A stretch of 64,000 bases of DNA from an uncultured Bacteroidales bacterium (GCA_964550455.1 CAZJZG010000016.1:4960-68959), one strand, 5' to 3'; numbered from the stretch's first letter, positions 10,784 to 22,232 are shown. The notes: a model not told the origin generated them from the sequence alone. Numbers and translations: made by a program.

Positions 10784-10984
10784 TTATCCCTGCTGGGCAA
10801 GTTGTCTTTTTCTTAATTCGGTTTCAAGCCTTGCAATAGTTCTTCTATAATCCTTAATTTTATTAGGATTTTCAAGCGGAGAAACCGCATGATTTAATTT
10901 GAGCTTTACAAGTTGTTTACGTTCTTCTTCCAGCCTTTCAATAATATCAGGTGTGGAAAGCTCTCTAACTACTGATTGTTTCAT
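10784..10984 (-). CDS. rpmC: 50S ribosomal protein L29
   Basis: 66 aa with helical-hairpin sequence LSTPDIIERLEEERKQLVKLKLNHAVSPLENPNKIKDYRRTIARLETEL. It lies between rplP and rpsQ. Confidence 0.93.
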   Translation of the reverse strand: MKQSVVRELSTPDIIERLEEERKQLVKLKLNHAVSPLENPNKIKDYRRTIARLETELRKRQLAQQG

Positions 10985-11016
10985 AATTTTATATCTTTAA
11001 TTCCCGCAAAGGTTAA

Positions 11017-11442
11017 TTAAATTTCTTCAACATAGTCACGTCTGACAACAAATTTGGTAGTTACCGGCAGTTTTTGTGCTGCAAGCCTTAAAGCTTCTTT
11101 GGCAACTTCCAGAGGAACTCCTTCTGCTTCAAAAATAATACGTCCGGGAGTAACCGGTGCAACAAAATATTCAGGAGCACCTTTACCTTTACCCATACGC
11201 ACTTCAGCAGGTTTCTTTGTTACCGGCTTATCCGGAAATATCCTGATCCATATTTGTCCTTCACGTTTCATATAACGTGTCACTGCCTGACGGGCAGCTT
11301 CAATCTGCCGTCCGGTGATCCAGGCTTCTTCCAGTGTTTTTATTCCAAAAGAACCAAAAGCCAATTGATTACCACGCATGGCATTACCCTTCATCTTGCC
11401 TTTCTGCCTTCTTCTGTATTTAGTCTTTTTTGGCTGTAACAT
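11017..11442 (-). CDS. rplP: 50S ribosomal protein L16
   Basis: [38 protein letters not shown]...[24 protein letters not shown] is a canonical uL16 sequence. Confidence 0.97.
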   Translation of the reverse strand: MLQPKKTKYRRRQKGKMKGNAMRGNQLAFGSFGIKTLEEAWITGRQIEAARQAVTRYMKREGQIWIRIFPDKPVTKKPAEVRMGKGKGAPEYFVAPVTPGRIIFEAEGVPLEVAKEALRLAAQKLPVTTKFVVRRDYVEEI

Positions 11443-11477
11443 TATTGTAAAAAGTTAAAGTTGTACACAATTTTATA

Positions 11478-12221
11478 TTATCTGTTCCTGCGACGTCCGC
11501 CACCTCTTTCACCAGCAGGACGGCCGCCTCCTTTAGGTCTCGCAGCTGATGTCTTAGGTTTTTGAGCACCTTCAACAGAGGGCGACAAATCAGGCTTACC
11601 ATAAATTTCGCCTTTACATATCCATACCTTAAGTCCAATACGACCAAAAGTTGTATGGGCTTCAGCTGTGGCATAATCAATATCAGCCCTCAGAGTATGC
11701 AAAGGAACACGACCTTCCATATAAATTTCGCGGCGTGCCATTTCAGCCCCGCCCAAGCGTCCGCCAATCAACACCTTAATACCCTCTGCTCCAATTCGCA
11801 TAGCCGAAGCTATTGCCGTTTTTATAGCACGGCGGTGAGACACCCTTCCTTCAATCTGACGTGCAATGGTTTGCGCAACAATAAGGGCATCAATTTCCGG
11901 ACGTTTAATTTCTGAAATATTGATCTGTATTTCTTTTCCTGTGAGCTTCTTTAATTCTTCTCTGAGCTTATCAACTTCTTGTCCGCCTTTACCAATTATT
12001 ATACCGGGACGTGCGGTATTTATGGTAACTGTAACAAGTTTTAATGTACGCTCAATGATAATCCTTGAAACACCTGCTTTTGACAAACGGACATTCAGAT
12101 ATTTGCGGATTTTATCATCTTCAACCAGCTTTCCTTCAAAGCTCTTTCCACCATACCAATTGGAATCCCATCCTTTGATGATTCCTAATCTAAGACCTAT
12201 CGGATTAGTTTTTTGTCCCAT
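11478..12221 (-). CDS. rpsC: 30S ribosomal protein S3 with Gly/Arg-rich C-terminal tail
   Basis: [23 protein letters not shown]..., the KH domain [18 protein letters not shown], and the tail [19 protein letters not shown]. Confidence 0.97.
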   Translation of the reverse strand: MGQKTNPIGLRLGIIKGWDSNWYGGKSFEGKLVEDDKIRKYLNVRLSKAGVSRIIIERTLKLVTVTINTARPGIIIGKGGQEVDKLREELKKLTGKEIQINISEIKRPEIDALIVAQTIARQIEGRVSHRRAIKTAIASAMRIGAEGIKVLIGGRLGGAEMARREIYMEGRVPLHTLRADIDYATAEAHTTFGRIGLKVWICKGEIYGKPDLSPSVEGAQKPKTSAARPKGGGRPAGERGGGRRRNR

Positions 12222-12264
12222 TCAATATTGGTTTTATTTATTCTGCTTTTTTGCAATTAAATTT

Positions 12265-12702
12265 TTATTCTTTAGTTTCCTGATTTTCTTCTTCTAAATT
12301 TATATTTTCATTTCTGCTACCCAAAACAAGAGTAACATGATTTGAACGCTTACGAATACGATGCGCACGACCCTGAGGAGCAGGTCTGATTCTTTTAAGA
12401 ACACGTCCGCCATCAACCTGAATGGTTTTAACGTACAACTGACTATCTTCAATTCTTATTCCTTCGTTCTTCAGTTGCCAGTTCGACATTGCCGACATGA
12501 GCAGTTTACGAAGCCTGATAGCAGGTTCTTTCGGGCAGGTTTTAAGAATGTATAATGCCTTTTCCACATCTTCACCGCGAATAAGATCGGCTACCAACCG
12601 CATTTTTCTTGGCGAGGTAGGTACATTGCCTAATCGTGCAAAAGCAATTGATTTTTTTTCTTCCTTCCTGCGCTCAGCGCTGTTATGTTTTCTTGATCCC
12701 AT
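12265..12702 (-). CDS. rplV: 50S ribosomal protein L22
   Basis: [24 protein letters not shown]...[27 protein letters not shown], with N- and C-terminal extensions that I recall as typical of Bacteroidota uL22. Confidence 0.95.
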   Translation of the reverse strand: MGSRKHNSAERRKEEKKSIAFARLGNVPTSPRKMRLVADLIRGEDVEKALYILKTCPKEPAIRLRKLLMSAMSNWQLKNEGIRIEDSQLYVKTIQVDGGRVLKRIRPAPQGRAHRIRKRSNHVTLVLGSRNENINLEEENQETKE

Positions 12703-12714
12703 TATTTTAATTCT

Positions 12715-12993
12715 TTATTTTTTGCCTTTATCCTTACTTCCCGCATGGCCTCTGAATATGCGTGTAGGAGCAAATTCTCCCAGCCTGTGGCCAATCATAT
12801 TTTCTGTAATATAAACAGGAATAAATTTATTCCCGTTATGAACAGCTATTGTTTGTCCGACAAAGTCAGGAATAATAACTGAACTTCTTGACCATGTTTT
12901 GATCACAGTTTTCTTTTTACTCTCGAGTAAGCCCAATACTTTTTTCTCGAGTTTATAATTTACATAGGGGCCCTTTTTTAACGATCGGCTCAT
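12715..12993 (-). CDS. rpsS: 30S ribosomal protein S19
   Basis: [19 protein letters not shown]...[35 protein letters not shown] is a canonical uS19 sequence. Confidence 0.97.
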   Translation of the reverse strand: MSRSLKKGPYVNYKLEKKVLGLLESKKKTVIKTWSRSSVIIPDFVGQTIAVHNGNKFIPVYITENMIGHRLGEFAPTRIFRGHAGSKDKGKK

Positions 12994-13033
12994 TTGAAAC
13001 TGTATTTAATATTATTGAGTAATATTCAATGAA

Positions 13034-13858
13034 TTACTTTTTCCTTCTTTCTATTATATATTTATTCGATGCCTTTTTATTTGAACGGGTTTTATAACCT
13101 TTTGCAGGCAATCCTTTACGCGATCTGGGGTGTCCGCCCGATGCCTTACCTTCACCACCACCCATAGGGTGATCAACCGGGTTCATAGCAACTCCGCGGG
13201 TACGTGGTCTGCGTCCAAGCCAACGACTTCTTCCTGCTTTACCTGATTTTTCAAGAACGTTATCAACATTTGATGCCATTCCTACGGTTGCTTTACAGGT
13301 TTGAAGTATCATTCTACTTTCACCTGATGGAAGTTTTATTATTGCAAACTTTCCATCACGCGACATTAACTGAGCAGATGATCCTGCACTGCGAGCCATT
13401 TTTGCACCCTGACCAGGACGTAACTCAATATTATGAATTATTGTACCAAAGGGTATCTCGCTCAGATACAAAGCGTTACCAATGTCAGGGCTAACACCAT
13501 TGCCTGAGGATACAGTTTGTCCTACTTTAAGGCCATGCGGTGCAACGATATAGCGTTTTTCACCATCGGCGTATACAAGCAGTGCAATGCGGGCAGTACG
13601 CATCGGATCGTATTCGATTGTTTTAACTACTGCCGGAATTCCATCCTTGTCGCGCTTAAAATCAATAACCCTAATTTTCTGTTTATGACCCCCTCCTATA
13701 TAACGCACTGTCGTTCTTCCCTGGTTATTTCTACCTCCTGATTTCTTACGGGGAATCAGTAAACTCTTTTCGGGTTTCATGGTCGTAATGTCATCAAACG
13801 CGCTGATGACCTTAAAGCGCTGACCTGGTGTTGTCGGTTTGAATTTCTTTAAAGCCAT
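13034..13858 (-). CDS. rplB: 50S ribosomal protein L2
   Basis: [28 protein letters not shown]...[24 protein letters not shown] is a canonical uL2 sequence. Confidence 0.98.
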   Translation of the reverse strand: MALKKFKPTTPGQRFKVISAFDDITTMKPEKSLLIPRKKSGGRNNQGRTTVRYIGGGHKQKIRVIDFKRDKDGIPAVVKTIEYDPMRTARIALLVYADGEKRYIVAPHGLKVGQTVSSGNGVSPDIGNALYLSEIPFGTIIHNIELRPGQGAKMARSAGSSAQLMSRDGKFAIIKLPSGESRMILQTCKATVGMASNVDNVLEKSGKAGRSRWLGRRPRTRGVAMNPVDHPMGGGEGKASGGHPRSRKGLPAKGYKTRSNKKASNKYIIERRKK

Positions 13859-13870
13859 TTATCCTGGTTT

Positions 13871-14161
13871 CTAAATATTGCTGTAAAAATCTATTGACTG
13901 TCCTTCGGCTAATGTTACTATAGCCTTCTTATATGCCGCTGTACGTCCGGTAACGAACCCACGCTTTGTAAAACGAGATTTGTTTTTCCCGCTATAATTC
14001 ATAGTGTTCACTTCCCTGACTTCGACATCATACAGATCCTCGACGGCTTTCTTGATCTGGATTTTGTTGGATTTTTTTTGCACAACAAAAGCATATCTTT
14101 GCAATTTCTCGCCAAGCTCTGTCATCTTTTCTGTTACTATCGGTTTTACTATAATGCTCAT
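13871..14161 (-). CDS. rplW: 50S ribosomal protein L23
   Basis: IIVKPIVTEKMTELGEKLQRYAFVVQKKSNKIQIKKAVEDLYDVEVREVNTM. It lies between rplD and rplB. Confidence 0.94.
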   Translation of the reverse strand: MSIIVKPIVTEKMTELGEKLQRYAFVVQKKSNKIQIKKAVEDLYDVEVREVNTMNYSGKNKSRFTKRGFVTGRTAAYKKAIVTLAEGQSIDFYSNI

Positions 14162-14197
14162 CGCAATATATATTAATGAGTTTTTAAAAATCTTAAA

Positions 14198-14824
14198 TTA
14201 AGCCAGAACCTGCTCTAACTTGCCCAGCGAACTTTCTAAAAAAACCATACTGTTTGCATTGAGGATCTCATAGGTATTAAGGCTACCAGCCATAGCTACC
14301 TTAGTATCAGGAAGATTTCTTGCTGAAAGAGTTAATCCTGGATTTGAGTCAGGAACTACAAATAATACCTTTCTGCCCAAATCCTTAAACTTGCTCAAAA
14401 GCTCAATAACGTTCTTTGTTTTGGGTTTTTCAAAGGTAAAATCCTCAATAACAATGATATTATTCCCCTGTGCTTTATATGTTAATGCGCTCTTACGGGC
14501 AACTTTCTTCAGTTTTTTGTTCAGCTTGAAGTGGTAATCACGTGGTTCAGGGCCAAATGTTCTCGCACCTCCACGAAACAATGGTGATTTTATACTTCCA
14601 GCTCTTGCCGTACCTGTTCCTTTCTGGCGTTTAATTTTACGTGTACTGTAAGTCATCATCGACCTTTCCAAAGTACTATGAGTGCCTTGTCTTTGATTTG
14701 CCAAATACTGTTTGGCATCAAGATACAGTGCGTGATCGTTGGGAGCAACATTGAAAATTTCATCATTCAATGCTACAGTCCTTCCGGTCTTTTCTCCGGT
14801 TATTTTATATACTTCTAGCTCCAT
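14198..14824 (-). CDS. rplD: 50S ribosomal protein L4
   Basis: [48 protein letters not shown] is a canonical uL4 sequence. It overlaps the rplC stop by 10 nt. Confidence 0.96.
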   Translation of the reverse strand: MELEVYKITGEKTGRTVALNDEIFNVAPNDHALYLDAKQYLANQRQGTHSTLERSMMTYSTRKIKRQKGTGTARAGSIKSPLFRGGARTFGPEPRDYHFKLNKKLKKVARKSALTYKAQGNNIIVIEDFTFEKPKTKNVIELLSKFKDLGRKVLFVVPDSNPGLTLSARNLPDTKVAMAGSLNTYEILNANSMVFLESSLGKLEQVLA

Positions 14825-15444
14825 CTTTCAACAATTACATATGATCCTTTAGGTCCGGGAACTGCTCCTTTTACAAGTATCAGGTTCTTTTCCGGGTAAA
14901 TTTTTAATATTTGAAGGTTAATCATTTTAGTACGTTTACCGCCCATTTGGCCAGCCATACGTTTTCCTTTGAATACCCTTGATGGGTGAGAAGAAGCTCC
15001 TATAGAGCCGGGTGCTCTTACACGGTCGTGCTGACCATGAGAAGTGGGACCAACACCTGAATAATTATGACGTTTTACCACGCCCTGAAAACCTTTTCCT
15101 TTTGAAATACCAACAACGTCAATATATTCGCCTTCAACAAAAATGTCAACACCAACGGTTTCACCATAACCTTTTCTGTTGCCAACCTCAAAACGAGTAA
15201 ATTCTGCAACCTTCTTTTTGGGGGTTATTCCTGCTTTCTTGAAATGACCCATCAATGCTTTTGTAGTGTGCTTTTCCTTTTTTTCGTCAAAAGCTAACTG
15301 AACAGCGGCATAGCCATCAGTTCCCTTGACCTTTATCTGGGTAACCACACAAGGACCGGCTTCAATAACAGTGCATGGCACATTTTTACCGGAAGCATCA
15401 AAAATGCTTGTCATCCCTATTTTTTTTCCAATAATTCCTGACAT
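14815..15444 (-). CDS. rplC: 50S ribosomal protein L3
   Basis: [34 protein letters not shown]...[19 protein letters not shown]...[15 protein letters not shown] is a canonical uL3 sequence. Confidence 0.97.
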   Translation of the reverse strand: MSGIIGKKIGMTSIFDASGKNVPCTVIEAGPCVVTQIKVKGTDGYAAVQLAFDEKKEKHTTKALMGHFKKAGITPKKKVAEFTRFEVGNRKGYGETVGVDIFVEGEYIDVVGISKGKGFQGVVKRHNYSGVGPTSHGQHDRVRAPGSIGASSHPSRVFKGKRMAGQMGGKRTKMINLQILKIYPEKNLILVKGAVPGPKGSYVIVERWS

Positions 15445-15482
15445 CTCTTCTTTTATTTAGATTAGCGAAGCCTTAACACTTA

Positions 15483-15788
15483 TCAAACTTTAATCTCAAC
15501 TTCCACACCACTTGGCAATTCAAGCTTCATAAGCGCATCAATGGTTTTTGAAGTTGTACTGTAAATATCCAATAAACGCTTATAAGTGCATAATTGAAAC
15601 TGCTCTCTTGATTTTTTATTAACGAAAGTGGCCCTGTTAACCGTAAAAATCTTTTTATTGGTTGGCAAAGGTATAGGACCATTAACAACAGCTCCTGTTG
15701 ATTTAACAGTTTTTACAATCTTTTCGGCTGATTTATCTACCAGATTGTAATCATAAGATTTTAATTTAATTCTGATCTTTTGGCTCAC
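15483..15788 (-). CDS. rpsJ: 30S ribosomal protein S10
   Basis: [43 protein letters not shown]...[18 protein letters not shown] is a canonical uS10 sequence. Confidence 0.97.
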   Translation of the reverse strand: MSQKIRIKLKSYDYNLVDKSAEKIVKTVKSTGAVVNGPIPLPTNKKIFTVNRATFVNKKSREQFQLCTYKRLLDIYSTTSKTIDALMKLELPSGVEVEIKV

Positions 15789-15821
15789 GTTTGTATATTT
15801 ATTTATTTGAGTTCTGATTAA

Positions 15822-17927
15822 TTATGCTTTTAATAAATATCCTTTGGTTTTATAAATTATATCTTCGGTTAAATTAGCCGGGGTTTCGCTGTAATGCGAA
15901 AATTCCATTGTTGAGGTGCCACGCCCTGACGTCAGGCTACGCAAAGTAGTTACATAACCAAACATTTCAGAAAGTGGAACCAAGGCTTTCACCGCCTGCA
16001 TATTTCCCTTTGCTTCAATACGCTCGAGGTTTGCACGACGACGATTTAAGTCGCCAGTAACTTCACCTATATATTCTTCCGGGCAAACTACTTCAAGGTT
16101 CATAATGGGTTCCAGCAAAACAGCATGTGCCTTACGTGCAGCTTCCTTAAATGCCACACGTGCAGCAATTTCAAAAGATAACTGATCACTGTCAACTGAG
16201 TGATATGAACCATCAAGAAGGGTTACTTTTAGATTGTCAACAGGAAAACCGGCAAGAATACCGTTTTGCATTGCCTGCCTGAAACCATTTTCAACTGAGG
16301 GGATGAATTCTTTTGGAATATTACCGCCCGTAACTTTATTAATAAACTGAAATCCACGAACATTCTGATCAGCCGGACCCATTTCAAAAACAATATCAGC
16401 AAATTTCCCACGTCCGCCTGTTTGCTTTTTATATATTTCGTGATGTTCAATAGTTGAAACAAATGCTTCTTTATAAGCAACCTGAGGTGCGCCTTTGCTT
16501 ACCTCAATGCGATATTCTCTTTTTAATCTGTCAGTAATAACATCAAGATGCAACTCGCCCATTCCGCTTATAATAGTCTGGCCTGTTTCAGAGTCAACCT
16601 TAACGACAAACGTTGGATCTTCCTTAGTAAGCTTTTGTAATGCAATATCGAGCTTATCAATATCGTCCTGGGTTTTAGGTTCTATTGCCATGCTGATAAC
16701 CGGATCAGGAAAACTGATTGCTTCAAGTACAATAGGATGCTTTTCGTCGCTAAGGGTATCGCCAGTACGAATTTCTTTAAATCCAACAGCAGCACAAATA
16801 TCCCCGGCTTCAACAACATCAATAGGATTTTGCTTGTTGGCGTGCATCTGAAAAATACGGGAAATTCGTTCTTTTTTACCTGTATTGGTATTCAGAACCA
16901 AAGCTCCTGATTTGAGTTCTCCGCTGTAAACCCTAAAAAAAGCCACACGTCCCACAAAAGGATCTGTTGTTATTTTAAAAGCCAGAGCGCAAAACGGATC
17001 ATTAATATCCGGATTGCGTAATTCTTCTTTTTCTGAATATGGGTTCGTACCTTTTACAGCTTCTACATCATAGGGATTAGGAAGATAAGCCACAATATCA
17101 TCGAGTAAATGCTGAACACCCTTGTTTTTAAATGAAGCTCCACATATAACGGGAGTTATCCTCAATTCAAGTGTAGCCTTACGAATTGCCGCAATCATTT
17201 CCTCTTTGGTAATACTGTTGCTATCAGTAAGAAATTTTTCAAAAAGCTCTTCACTTTCTTCAGCAACTCCTTCTATTAGTTTAGCACGATATTCTGCTGC
17301 CAGCTCAAGCATGTCTTCCGGTATGGGACCTTCTTCATAATTGGCTCCTAAACTTTCATCGTCCCATACATAGGCTTTATTGGTGATAAGGTCAACAACG
17401 CCAATAAAATCCTCTTCACTGCCGATGGGAAGTTGCAGAGGAACAGGATTGGCACCAAGGCGTTCTCTGATTTGATTTACTACGTTGAAAAAATCAGCTC
17501 CCGACCTGTCCATTTTATTAATGAAGCTAATACGCGGTACTTTATATTTATTGGCTTGTTTCCACACAGTTTCTGATTGTGGCTCAACACCGCCAACAGC
17601 ACAAAACAATGCAACAGCACCATCAAGCACTCTTAGTGAACGTTCTACTTCAACAGTAAAATCAACATGACCCGGGGTGTCAATAATGTTAATCTTATAT
17701 TTCTGGTTATGATAATCCCAGAAAACTGTTGTAGCAGCCGATGAAATAGTAATTCCGCGTTCCTGCTCCTGAACCATAAAATCCATGGTAGCTGCGCCAT
17801 CATGAACTTCACCCATACGATAATTCACTCCGGTATAATACAATATACGCTCAGTAGTTGTGGTTTTACCAGCATCTATGTGAGCCATAATGCCAATATT
17901 GCGCGTATATTTTAGCTTGTCTGACAT
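15822..17927 (-). CDS. fusA: elongation factor G
   Basis: 701 aa with the G-domain motifs [23 protein letters not shown] and NKMDR. It lies between rpsG and rpsJ. Confidence 0.97.
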   Translation of the reverse strand: MSDKLKYTRNIGIMAHIDAGKTTTTERILYYTGVNYRMGEVHDGAATMDFMVQEQERGITISSAATTVFWDYHNQKYKINIIDTPGHVDFTVEVERSLRVLDGAVALFCAVGGVEPQSETVWKQANKYKVPRISFINKMDRSGADFFNVVNQIRERLGANPVPLQLPIGSEEDFIGVVDLITNKAYVWDDESLGANYEEGPIPEDMLELAAEYRAKLIEGVAEESEELFEKFLTDSNSITKEEMIAAIRKATLELRITPVICGASFKNKGVQHLLDDIVAYLPNPYDVEAVKGTNPYSEKEELRNPDINDPFCALAFKITTDPFVGRVAFFRVYSGELKSGALVLNTNTGKKERISRIFQMHANKQNPIDVVEAGDICAAVGFKEIRTGDTLSDEKHPIVLEAISFPDPVISMAIEPKTQDDIDKLDIALQKLTKEDPTFVVKVDSETGQTIISGMGELHLDVITDRLKREYRIEVSKGAPQVAYKEAFVSTIEHHEIYKKQTGGRGKFADIVFEMGPADQNVRGFQFINKVTGGNIPKEFIPSVENGFRQAMQNGILAGFPVDNLKVTLLDGSYHSVDSDQLSFEIAARVAFKEAARKAHAVLLEPIMNLEVVCPEEYIGEVTGDLNRRRANLERIEAKGNMQAVKALVPLSEMFGYVTTLRSLTSGRGTSTMEFSHYSETPANLTEDIIYKTKGYLLKA

Positions 17928-17967
17928 TGTATTATATTGTATATCCGGTTTTATTCCTTAGTAAATA

Positions 17968-18435
17968 TTAAAACCTGAAATGGCTAAAAGCCTTATTGGC
18001 TTCAGCCATACGGTGAGTATCTTCTTTTTTCTTAAATGCACCGCCTTCTTCTTTTGCAGCAGCCATGATTTCAGCGGCTAATTTTTGTCCCATTGATTTT
18101 TCATGGCGCTTACGGGAAAATCCAATGAGGTTTTTCATTCCGATTGACTGCTTACGTGAAGGACGGATTTCGGATGGTATCTGAAAAGTAGCACCTCCAA
18201 CACGACGGCTGCGAACTTCTACAGAAGGTGTAACATTGGCAAGAGCTGTTTTGAATACTTCCAGCCCATCTTCCTGTGTTTTTGCAGAAACAAGATCAAT
18301 GGCTTCGTAAAAAATATCAAATGCTATGCTTTTTTTACCACTAAACATGATATTGTTCACAAATTTTGTGACCATAGGATCATTGTATTTTGGATCGGGC
18401 AGAATAATTCTTTTTTTTGGTTTAGTCTTCCTCAT
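17968..18435 (-). CDS. rpsG: 30S ribosomal protein S7
   Basis: [34 protein letters not shown]...[16 protein letters not shown]...AFSHFRF is a canonical uS7 sequence. Confidence 0.97.
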   Translation of the reverse strand: MRKTKPKKRIILPDPKYNDPMVTKFVNNIMFSGKKSIAFDIFYEAIDLVSAKTQEDGLEVFKTALANVTPSVEVRSRRVGGATFQIPSEIRPSRKQSIGMKNLIGFSRKRHEKSMGQKLAAEIMAAAKEEGGAFKKKEDTHRMAEANKAFSHFRF

Positions 18436-18473
18436 TATTGAAACTACCTTATATTATTATAACTGTCGTTTGT

Positions 18474-18854
18474 TTATTTCTTTGCCTTTGGCTTTTTGGT
18501 ACCATATTTTGATCTGCGCTGTGTGCGACCATCAACTCCGGCTGTATCAAGAGCTCCGCGAATAATATGATATCTTACACCAGGAAGGTCTTTTACCCTG
18601 CCGCCACGTATCATAACTATGGAGTGTTCCTGCAGATTATGTCCTTCTCCGGGAATATAAGCATTTACTTCCTTATTATTAGTGAGCCTTACTCTGGCCA
18701 CTTTACGCATGGCTGAGTTAGGTTTTTTCGGAGTTGTTGTGTAAACCCTCACGCAAACACCACGCCTTTGAGGGCATGAATCCAATGCAGGAGATTTACT
18801 TTTATCAACCAGTACCTTACGTCCTTTTCTTACCAATTGCTGTATTGTAGGCAT
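18474..18854 (-). CDS. rpsL: 30S ribosomal protein S12
   Basis: [13 protein letters not shown]...[33 protein letters not shown]...[25 protein letters not shown] is a canonical uS12 sequence. Confidence 0.98.
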   Translation of the reverse strand: MPTIQQLVRKGRKVLVDKSKSPALDSCPQRRGVCVRVYTTTPKKPNSAMRKVARVRLTNNKEVNAYIPGEGHNLQEHSIVMIRGGRVKDLPGVRYHIIRGALDTAGVDGRTQRRSKYGTKKPKAKK

Positions 18855-19187
18855 ATAATCATTTTTGTTTTACATGATCCTTAAAATTTTTCGGATCTTA
18901 AAATCATTTTAATTAATTCAATAAACTAAGGCAAAAAAGTTCAGGATTTCCTGATTCCGGAAAACTGATTTGCTTTTTCAATGTAAGACAGGAATTGAGA
19001 GAAGAATAGCGTTCCAGACACCACAGGTATCATAATTATCTCAGTGTCAGGGGCTTTTATCTTTGATATGATACCGTTGAAACCTATATTTGTCTGCTCT
19101 TCTCAGGTTTCCTGTTAATCTTACTAAGCTTTAAAGCTTGTCAGTCAGGGACTTTTTACCCTGGTCCGGCCCCATTTTTTGCGGGTG

Positions 19188-19216
19188 CAAAGATAGAAAT
19201 ATTTTTCAATACCAAA
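19188..19216 (-). promoter_or_regulatory. candidate Bacteroidota-type promoter for the rpsL-rplQ array (-33 TTTG / -7 TATCTTTG)
   Basis: The minus strand reads TTTG (19216-19213), then 17 nt, then TATCTTTG (19195-19188), which matches the TAnnTTTG -7 consensus. It implies a leader of about 325 nt before the rpsL ATG (18854). Confidence 0.4.
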
Positions 19217-19468
19217 ATCAATTGCCTCACTATTTTTTTAAAAAATCTTCTAAAAATTTACCATTCAAAAGGATATTATTAGCTAATATGCTGATTTTAT
19301 GTTTATTACAAATTAATGAGGCATTAATAAAAAATGCTTATTCAATTAAAAAAGTGCTTTTTAAGAAAAATCCTTCAAAAAAGTTTTGTGAAATCTAATT
19401 ATAAGGGAGCTAAAACCTGGTTCTAAGCAATGATTTTAACAAAATTTAAAGCCTAAAAGGCTCTAAAA

Positions 19469-19894
19469 TCATTTATCATAATTAATTTCTTTTTCAAGCT
19501 GTCCGTCTTCATCCCAGAATCTCCAGATTTCAACACGCTCATCCATTTTATAGGTTCCTTCAAAATATTTTTTCCCATTTTCATGCCAAACAATACTTTT
19601 TCCATTTCGCTGACCCCTGGAGAAATGTCCTTCGCTCCATTGATTGCCGTTCTCAAACCAATAATTCCATTTACCATGACGCTCACTATCTTTATAACTT
19701 CCTTCAATGCGTTTTATGCCGTTCTGATAATATCCTGTTTCTTTAACCAGAATGGAATCATTGTTTTTAATAATGAAATACTTCTCAAGTTCAACACTTC
19801 CATCCGGGTAGGTTTGTACCACAACACGCTCAATATTGGAAGTACAAGCAAAAAGTAAGCTCAGCACGAAGCCTAAAAGAATTATTTTTTTCAT
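19469..19894 (-). CDS. MORN-variant repeat lipoprotein (YwqK-like family)
   Basis: Lipoprotein signal MKKIILLGFVLSLLFAC. Repeated G-x-W-x-x-(W/Y)-x-x-NG units follow (HGKWNYWFENGNQWSEGHFSRGQRNGKSIVWHENGKKYFEGTY). Confidence 0.7.
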   Translation of the reverse strand: MKKIILLGFVLSLLFACTSNIERVVVQTYPDGSVELEKYFIIKNNDSILVKETGYYQNGIKRIEGSYKDSERHGKWNYWFENGNQWSEGHFSRGQRNGKSIVWHENGKKYFEGTYKMDERVEIWRFWDEDGQLEKEINYDK

Positions 19895-19938
19895 GGTTTA
19901 AAGATTTATGAGTTCATGTGGATATGCAAAAATAAAAA

Positions 19939-21291
19939 TCACCGGTTAAATAATAACCTCATTCCTTTATATGAATCATTAATTATACCGTTCTCAAAAA
20001 CAAGATTCCCGTTAACAAAAGTGTGAGTGATTGTTGAGTGAAAAGTATGAGTCTCAAATGGCGACCATCCACATTTATACAATATGTTTTCTTTGTTTAC
20101 GGTGAAAAGCCTGTTGGGTTCAATTAAAACGAGATCAGCATAATAGCCTTTATGTATAAAACCTCTGTTCTTAATTTTAAAGCAAATAGCTGGTGCGTGG
20201 CACATTTTCTCAACTATTTTCTCAAGGCTTATTTTTTTTTGATGCCAAAATTCAAGCATTACCTGCAATGAATGTTGAACAAGAGGACCACCTGACGGAG
20301 CTTTAAAATACGTATTATTCTTTTCTTCGATGGTATGCGGAGCATGGTCAGTGGCAACAACATCAAGTTTATCATTTATCAGCGCTTCCATGAGTTCTTG
20401 ACGATCATTTGCAGTTTTAACTGCAGGGTTCCATTTGATCTTTGTACCCAGTTTCTGATAATCCTCGTCAGAAAACCAAAGATGATGTACGCACACCTCT
20501 GCAGTTATCTGCTTGTCTTTCAGCGGTATACTATTATCAAACAATTGCATTTCCTGAGCTGTGGAAAGATGAAGTACATGTAGGCGAGTGCCATATTTTT
20601 TTGCCATATTTACGGCATACTCGCTCGAACGGTAACAGGCTTCACTGCTTCGGATAGTAGGGTGCATATTAATGAGAACATTCTCGCCATATTTTTGTAA
20701 AAAAGCTGCTGAATTTTGTTTTATTATGGTTTCATCTTCACAATGGGTGGCAATCAGCAATTTACATTCTGAGAATAATCGTTCAAGAGTTTGTGGATCA
20801 TCAACCAGAAGATTGCCGGTGGAAGCACCAAGAAAAATTTTCACGCCACAAACTGTTGCAGGATCAGTTTTTAATACTTCATCAACATTATAATTGGAAG
20901 TACCCATGTAAAATGAATAATTTGCCACTGAGGTTTTTGCAGCGATCTGATATTTTTCTTCAAGCAGTTCCTGTGTAAGGGTTGGAGGCAGAGTATTTGG
21001 CATTTCCATAAACGATGTAACACCTCCGGCAACTGCGGCACGACTTTCTGATTCAATATCTGCCTTATGTGTAAGACCCGGCTCCCTGAAATGAACCTGA
21101 TCGTCAATTACACCTGGAATAAGCAGTTTGCCTTCAGCATCAAGGATATCAATGTTTTCAGGGATCTGTTCATTTGAGGTGCCCCCTCTGAATATTTCTG
21201 TGATTAAATCATCACAAATAAGGACTGAACCTTTAAATAACTCTTCTTCATTAACGATCTGAGCATTTCTGATGAGTAATGGCTTTTTCAT
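19939..21291 (-). CDS. pyrC: dihydroorotase (cyclic amidohydrolase superfamily)
   Basis: 450 aa with LIPGVIDDQVHFREPG (metal-binding HxH-type block), a second block HCED, and VVATDHAPH near the C-terminus. Allantoinase or dihydropyrimidinase cannot be fully excluded. Confidence 0.7.
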   Translation of the reverse strand: MKKPLLIRNAQIVNEEELFKGSVLICDDLITEIFRGGTSNEQIPENIDILDAEGKLLIPGVIDDQVHFREPGLTHKADIESESRAAVAGGVTSFMEMPNTLPPTLTQELLEEKYQIAAKTSVANYSFYMGTSNYNVDEVLKTDPATVCGVKIFLGASTGNLLVDDPQTLERLFSECKLLIATHCEDETIIKQNSAAFLQKYGENVLINMHPTIRSSEACYRSSEYAVNMAKKYGTRLHVLHLSTAQEMQLFDNSIPLKDKQITAEVCVHHLWFSDEDYQKLGTKIKWNPAVKTANDRQELMEALINDKLDVVATDHAPHTIEEKNNTYFKAPSGGPLVQHSLQVMLEFWHQKKISLEKIVEKMCHAPAICFKIKNRGFIHKGYYADLVLIEPNRLFTVNKENILYKCGWSPFETHTFHSTITHTFVNGNLVFENGIINDSYKGMRLLFNR

Positions 21292-21500
21292 AATTCAAAA
21301 CTCTTATTTCTGTTTAATCACAAATCTGTAATGTTTTGTTAAAACACATTAATACCAGATATCTGTTTGCACATAAAACTTTCGTAGGTGCAACTACAGC
21401 TAAGACCGGCTAATAAGAAAACTCTGTTAAACCCAATTATTTCAATAAATCGAAAATAATATGTTGTGCTACTTTAACAAACCCGGTTGTTTTCATTTAT

Positions 21501-22232
21501 CTAAGCATCGTACTTTTTAAAAAGGCTTTTCCATTTCATTGTCAATACTCCAAACACAGCCTCTTTAATGATACCTTTCGACATTTTCGACTGTCCTTCA
21601 GCCCTGTCGGTAAAAATAATAGGCACCTCCACTATTTTAAAACCATGTTTCCAGGCATTAAATTTCATTTCAATCTGAAATGCATAACCAACAAAACGGA
21701 TACTATCAAGGTCAATGGTTTCCAACACTTTGCGTGTATAACACTTAAATCCCGCAGTTGGATCTTTAATTTTCATCCTTGTAATCAAACGCACATAACA
21801 TGAAGCAAAATATGAGATCAGAATCCGGCTCATAGGCCAATTCACTACATTAATACCTTTTATATAGCGCGACCCTATTGAAAGATCAGCTCCTTTTAAA
21901 GCACATGCCTCATAAAGACGAATAAGATCATCGGGGTTATGTGAAAAATCGGCATCCATCTCAAAAACATACTGGTAATCATGTTTTAATGCCCAGCGAA
22001 AACCATGAATATAAGCCGTACCCAGACCCAGCTTCCCTTTTCTTTCTTCAATAAAAAGCCTTTCAGGAAATTCAGGTATAAGAGATTTCACAATATCAGC
22101 CGTACCATCAGGCGAATTATCTTCAATTATTAAAATATGAAACCCTTTAGGAAACGAAAACACCTTTCTAATGATCTTTTCAATGTTTTCTTTCTCGTTA
22201 TAGGTTGGAATAATTACAAGGCTGTCAGACAT
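21501..22232 (-). CDS. polyprenol-phosphate mannosyl/glycosyl transferase (GT2, Dpm1-like, soluble)
   Basis: LVIIPTYNEKENI, IIEDNSPDGT, GLGTAYIHGF, EMDADFSHNPDD and AGFKCY match the Dpm1/Ppm1-type GT2 pattern. No TM helix is present. Confidence 0.75.
   Translation of the reverse strand: MSDSLVIIPTYNEKENIEKIIRKVFSFPKGFHILIIEDNSPDGTADIVKSLIPEFPERLFIEERKGKLGLGTAYIHGFRWALKHDYQYVFEMDADFSHNPDDLIRLYEACALKGADLSIGSRYIKGINVVNWPMSRILISYFASCYVRLITRMKIKDPTAGFKCYTRKVLETIDLDSIRFVGYAFQIEMKFNAWKHGFKIVEVPIIFTDRAEGQSKMSKGIIKEAVFGVLTMKWKSLFKKYDA

Noticed and set aside
11420-11680. 86-aa minus-strand ORF spanning the rpsC/rplP junction
   Set aside because: It is an alternative frame overlapping two unambiguous ribosomal protein genes and has no recognisable motif.
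18855-19216. Possible SRP RNA, RNase P RNA, 6S or tmRNA gene in the long intergenic region
   Set aside because: I looked for the SRP helix-8 core (GGUCCGGAAGGAAGCAGC-like) and the RNase P GAGGAAAGUCCGGGC block on both strands and found neither. The region is kept only as an unclassified structured leader or sRNA candidate.
19138-19398. 86-aa plus-strand ORF in the rpsL upstream intergenic region
   Set aside because: It has a TTG start and an AT-rich Lys/Phe/Leu composition typical of random ORFs. It has no recognisable motif and overlaps the predicted rpsL promoter and leader on the opposite strand.
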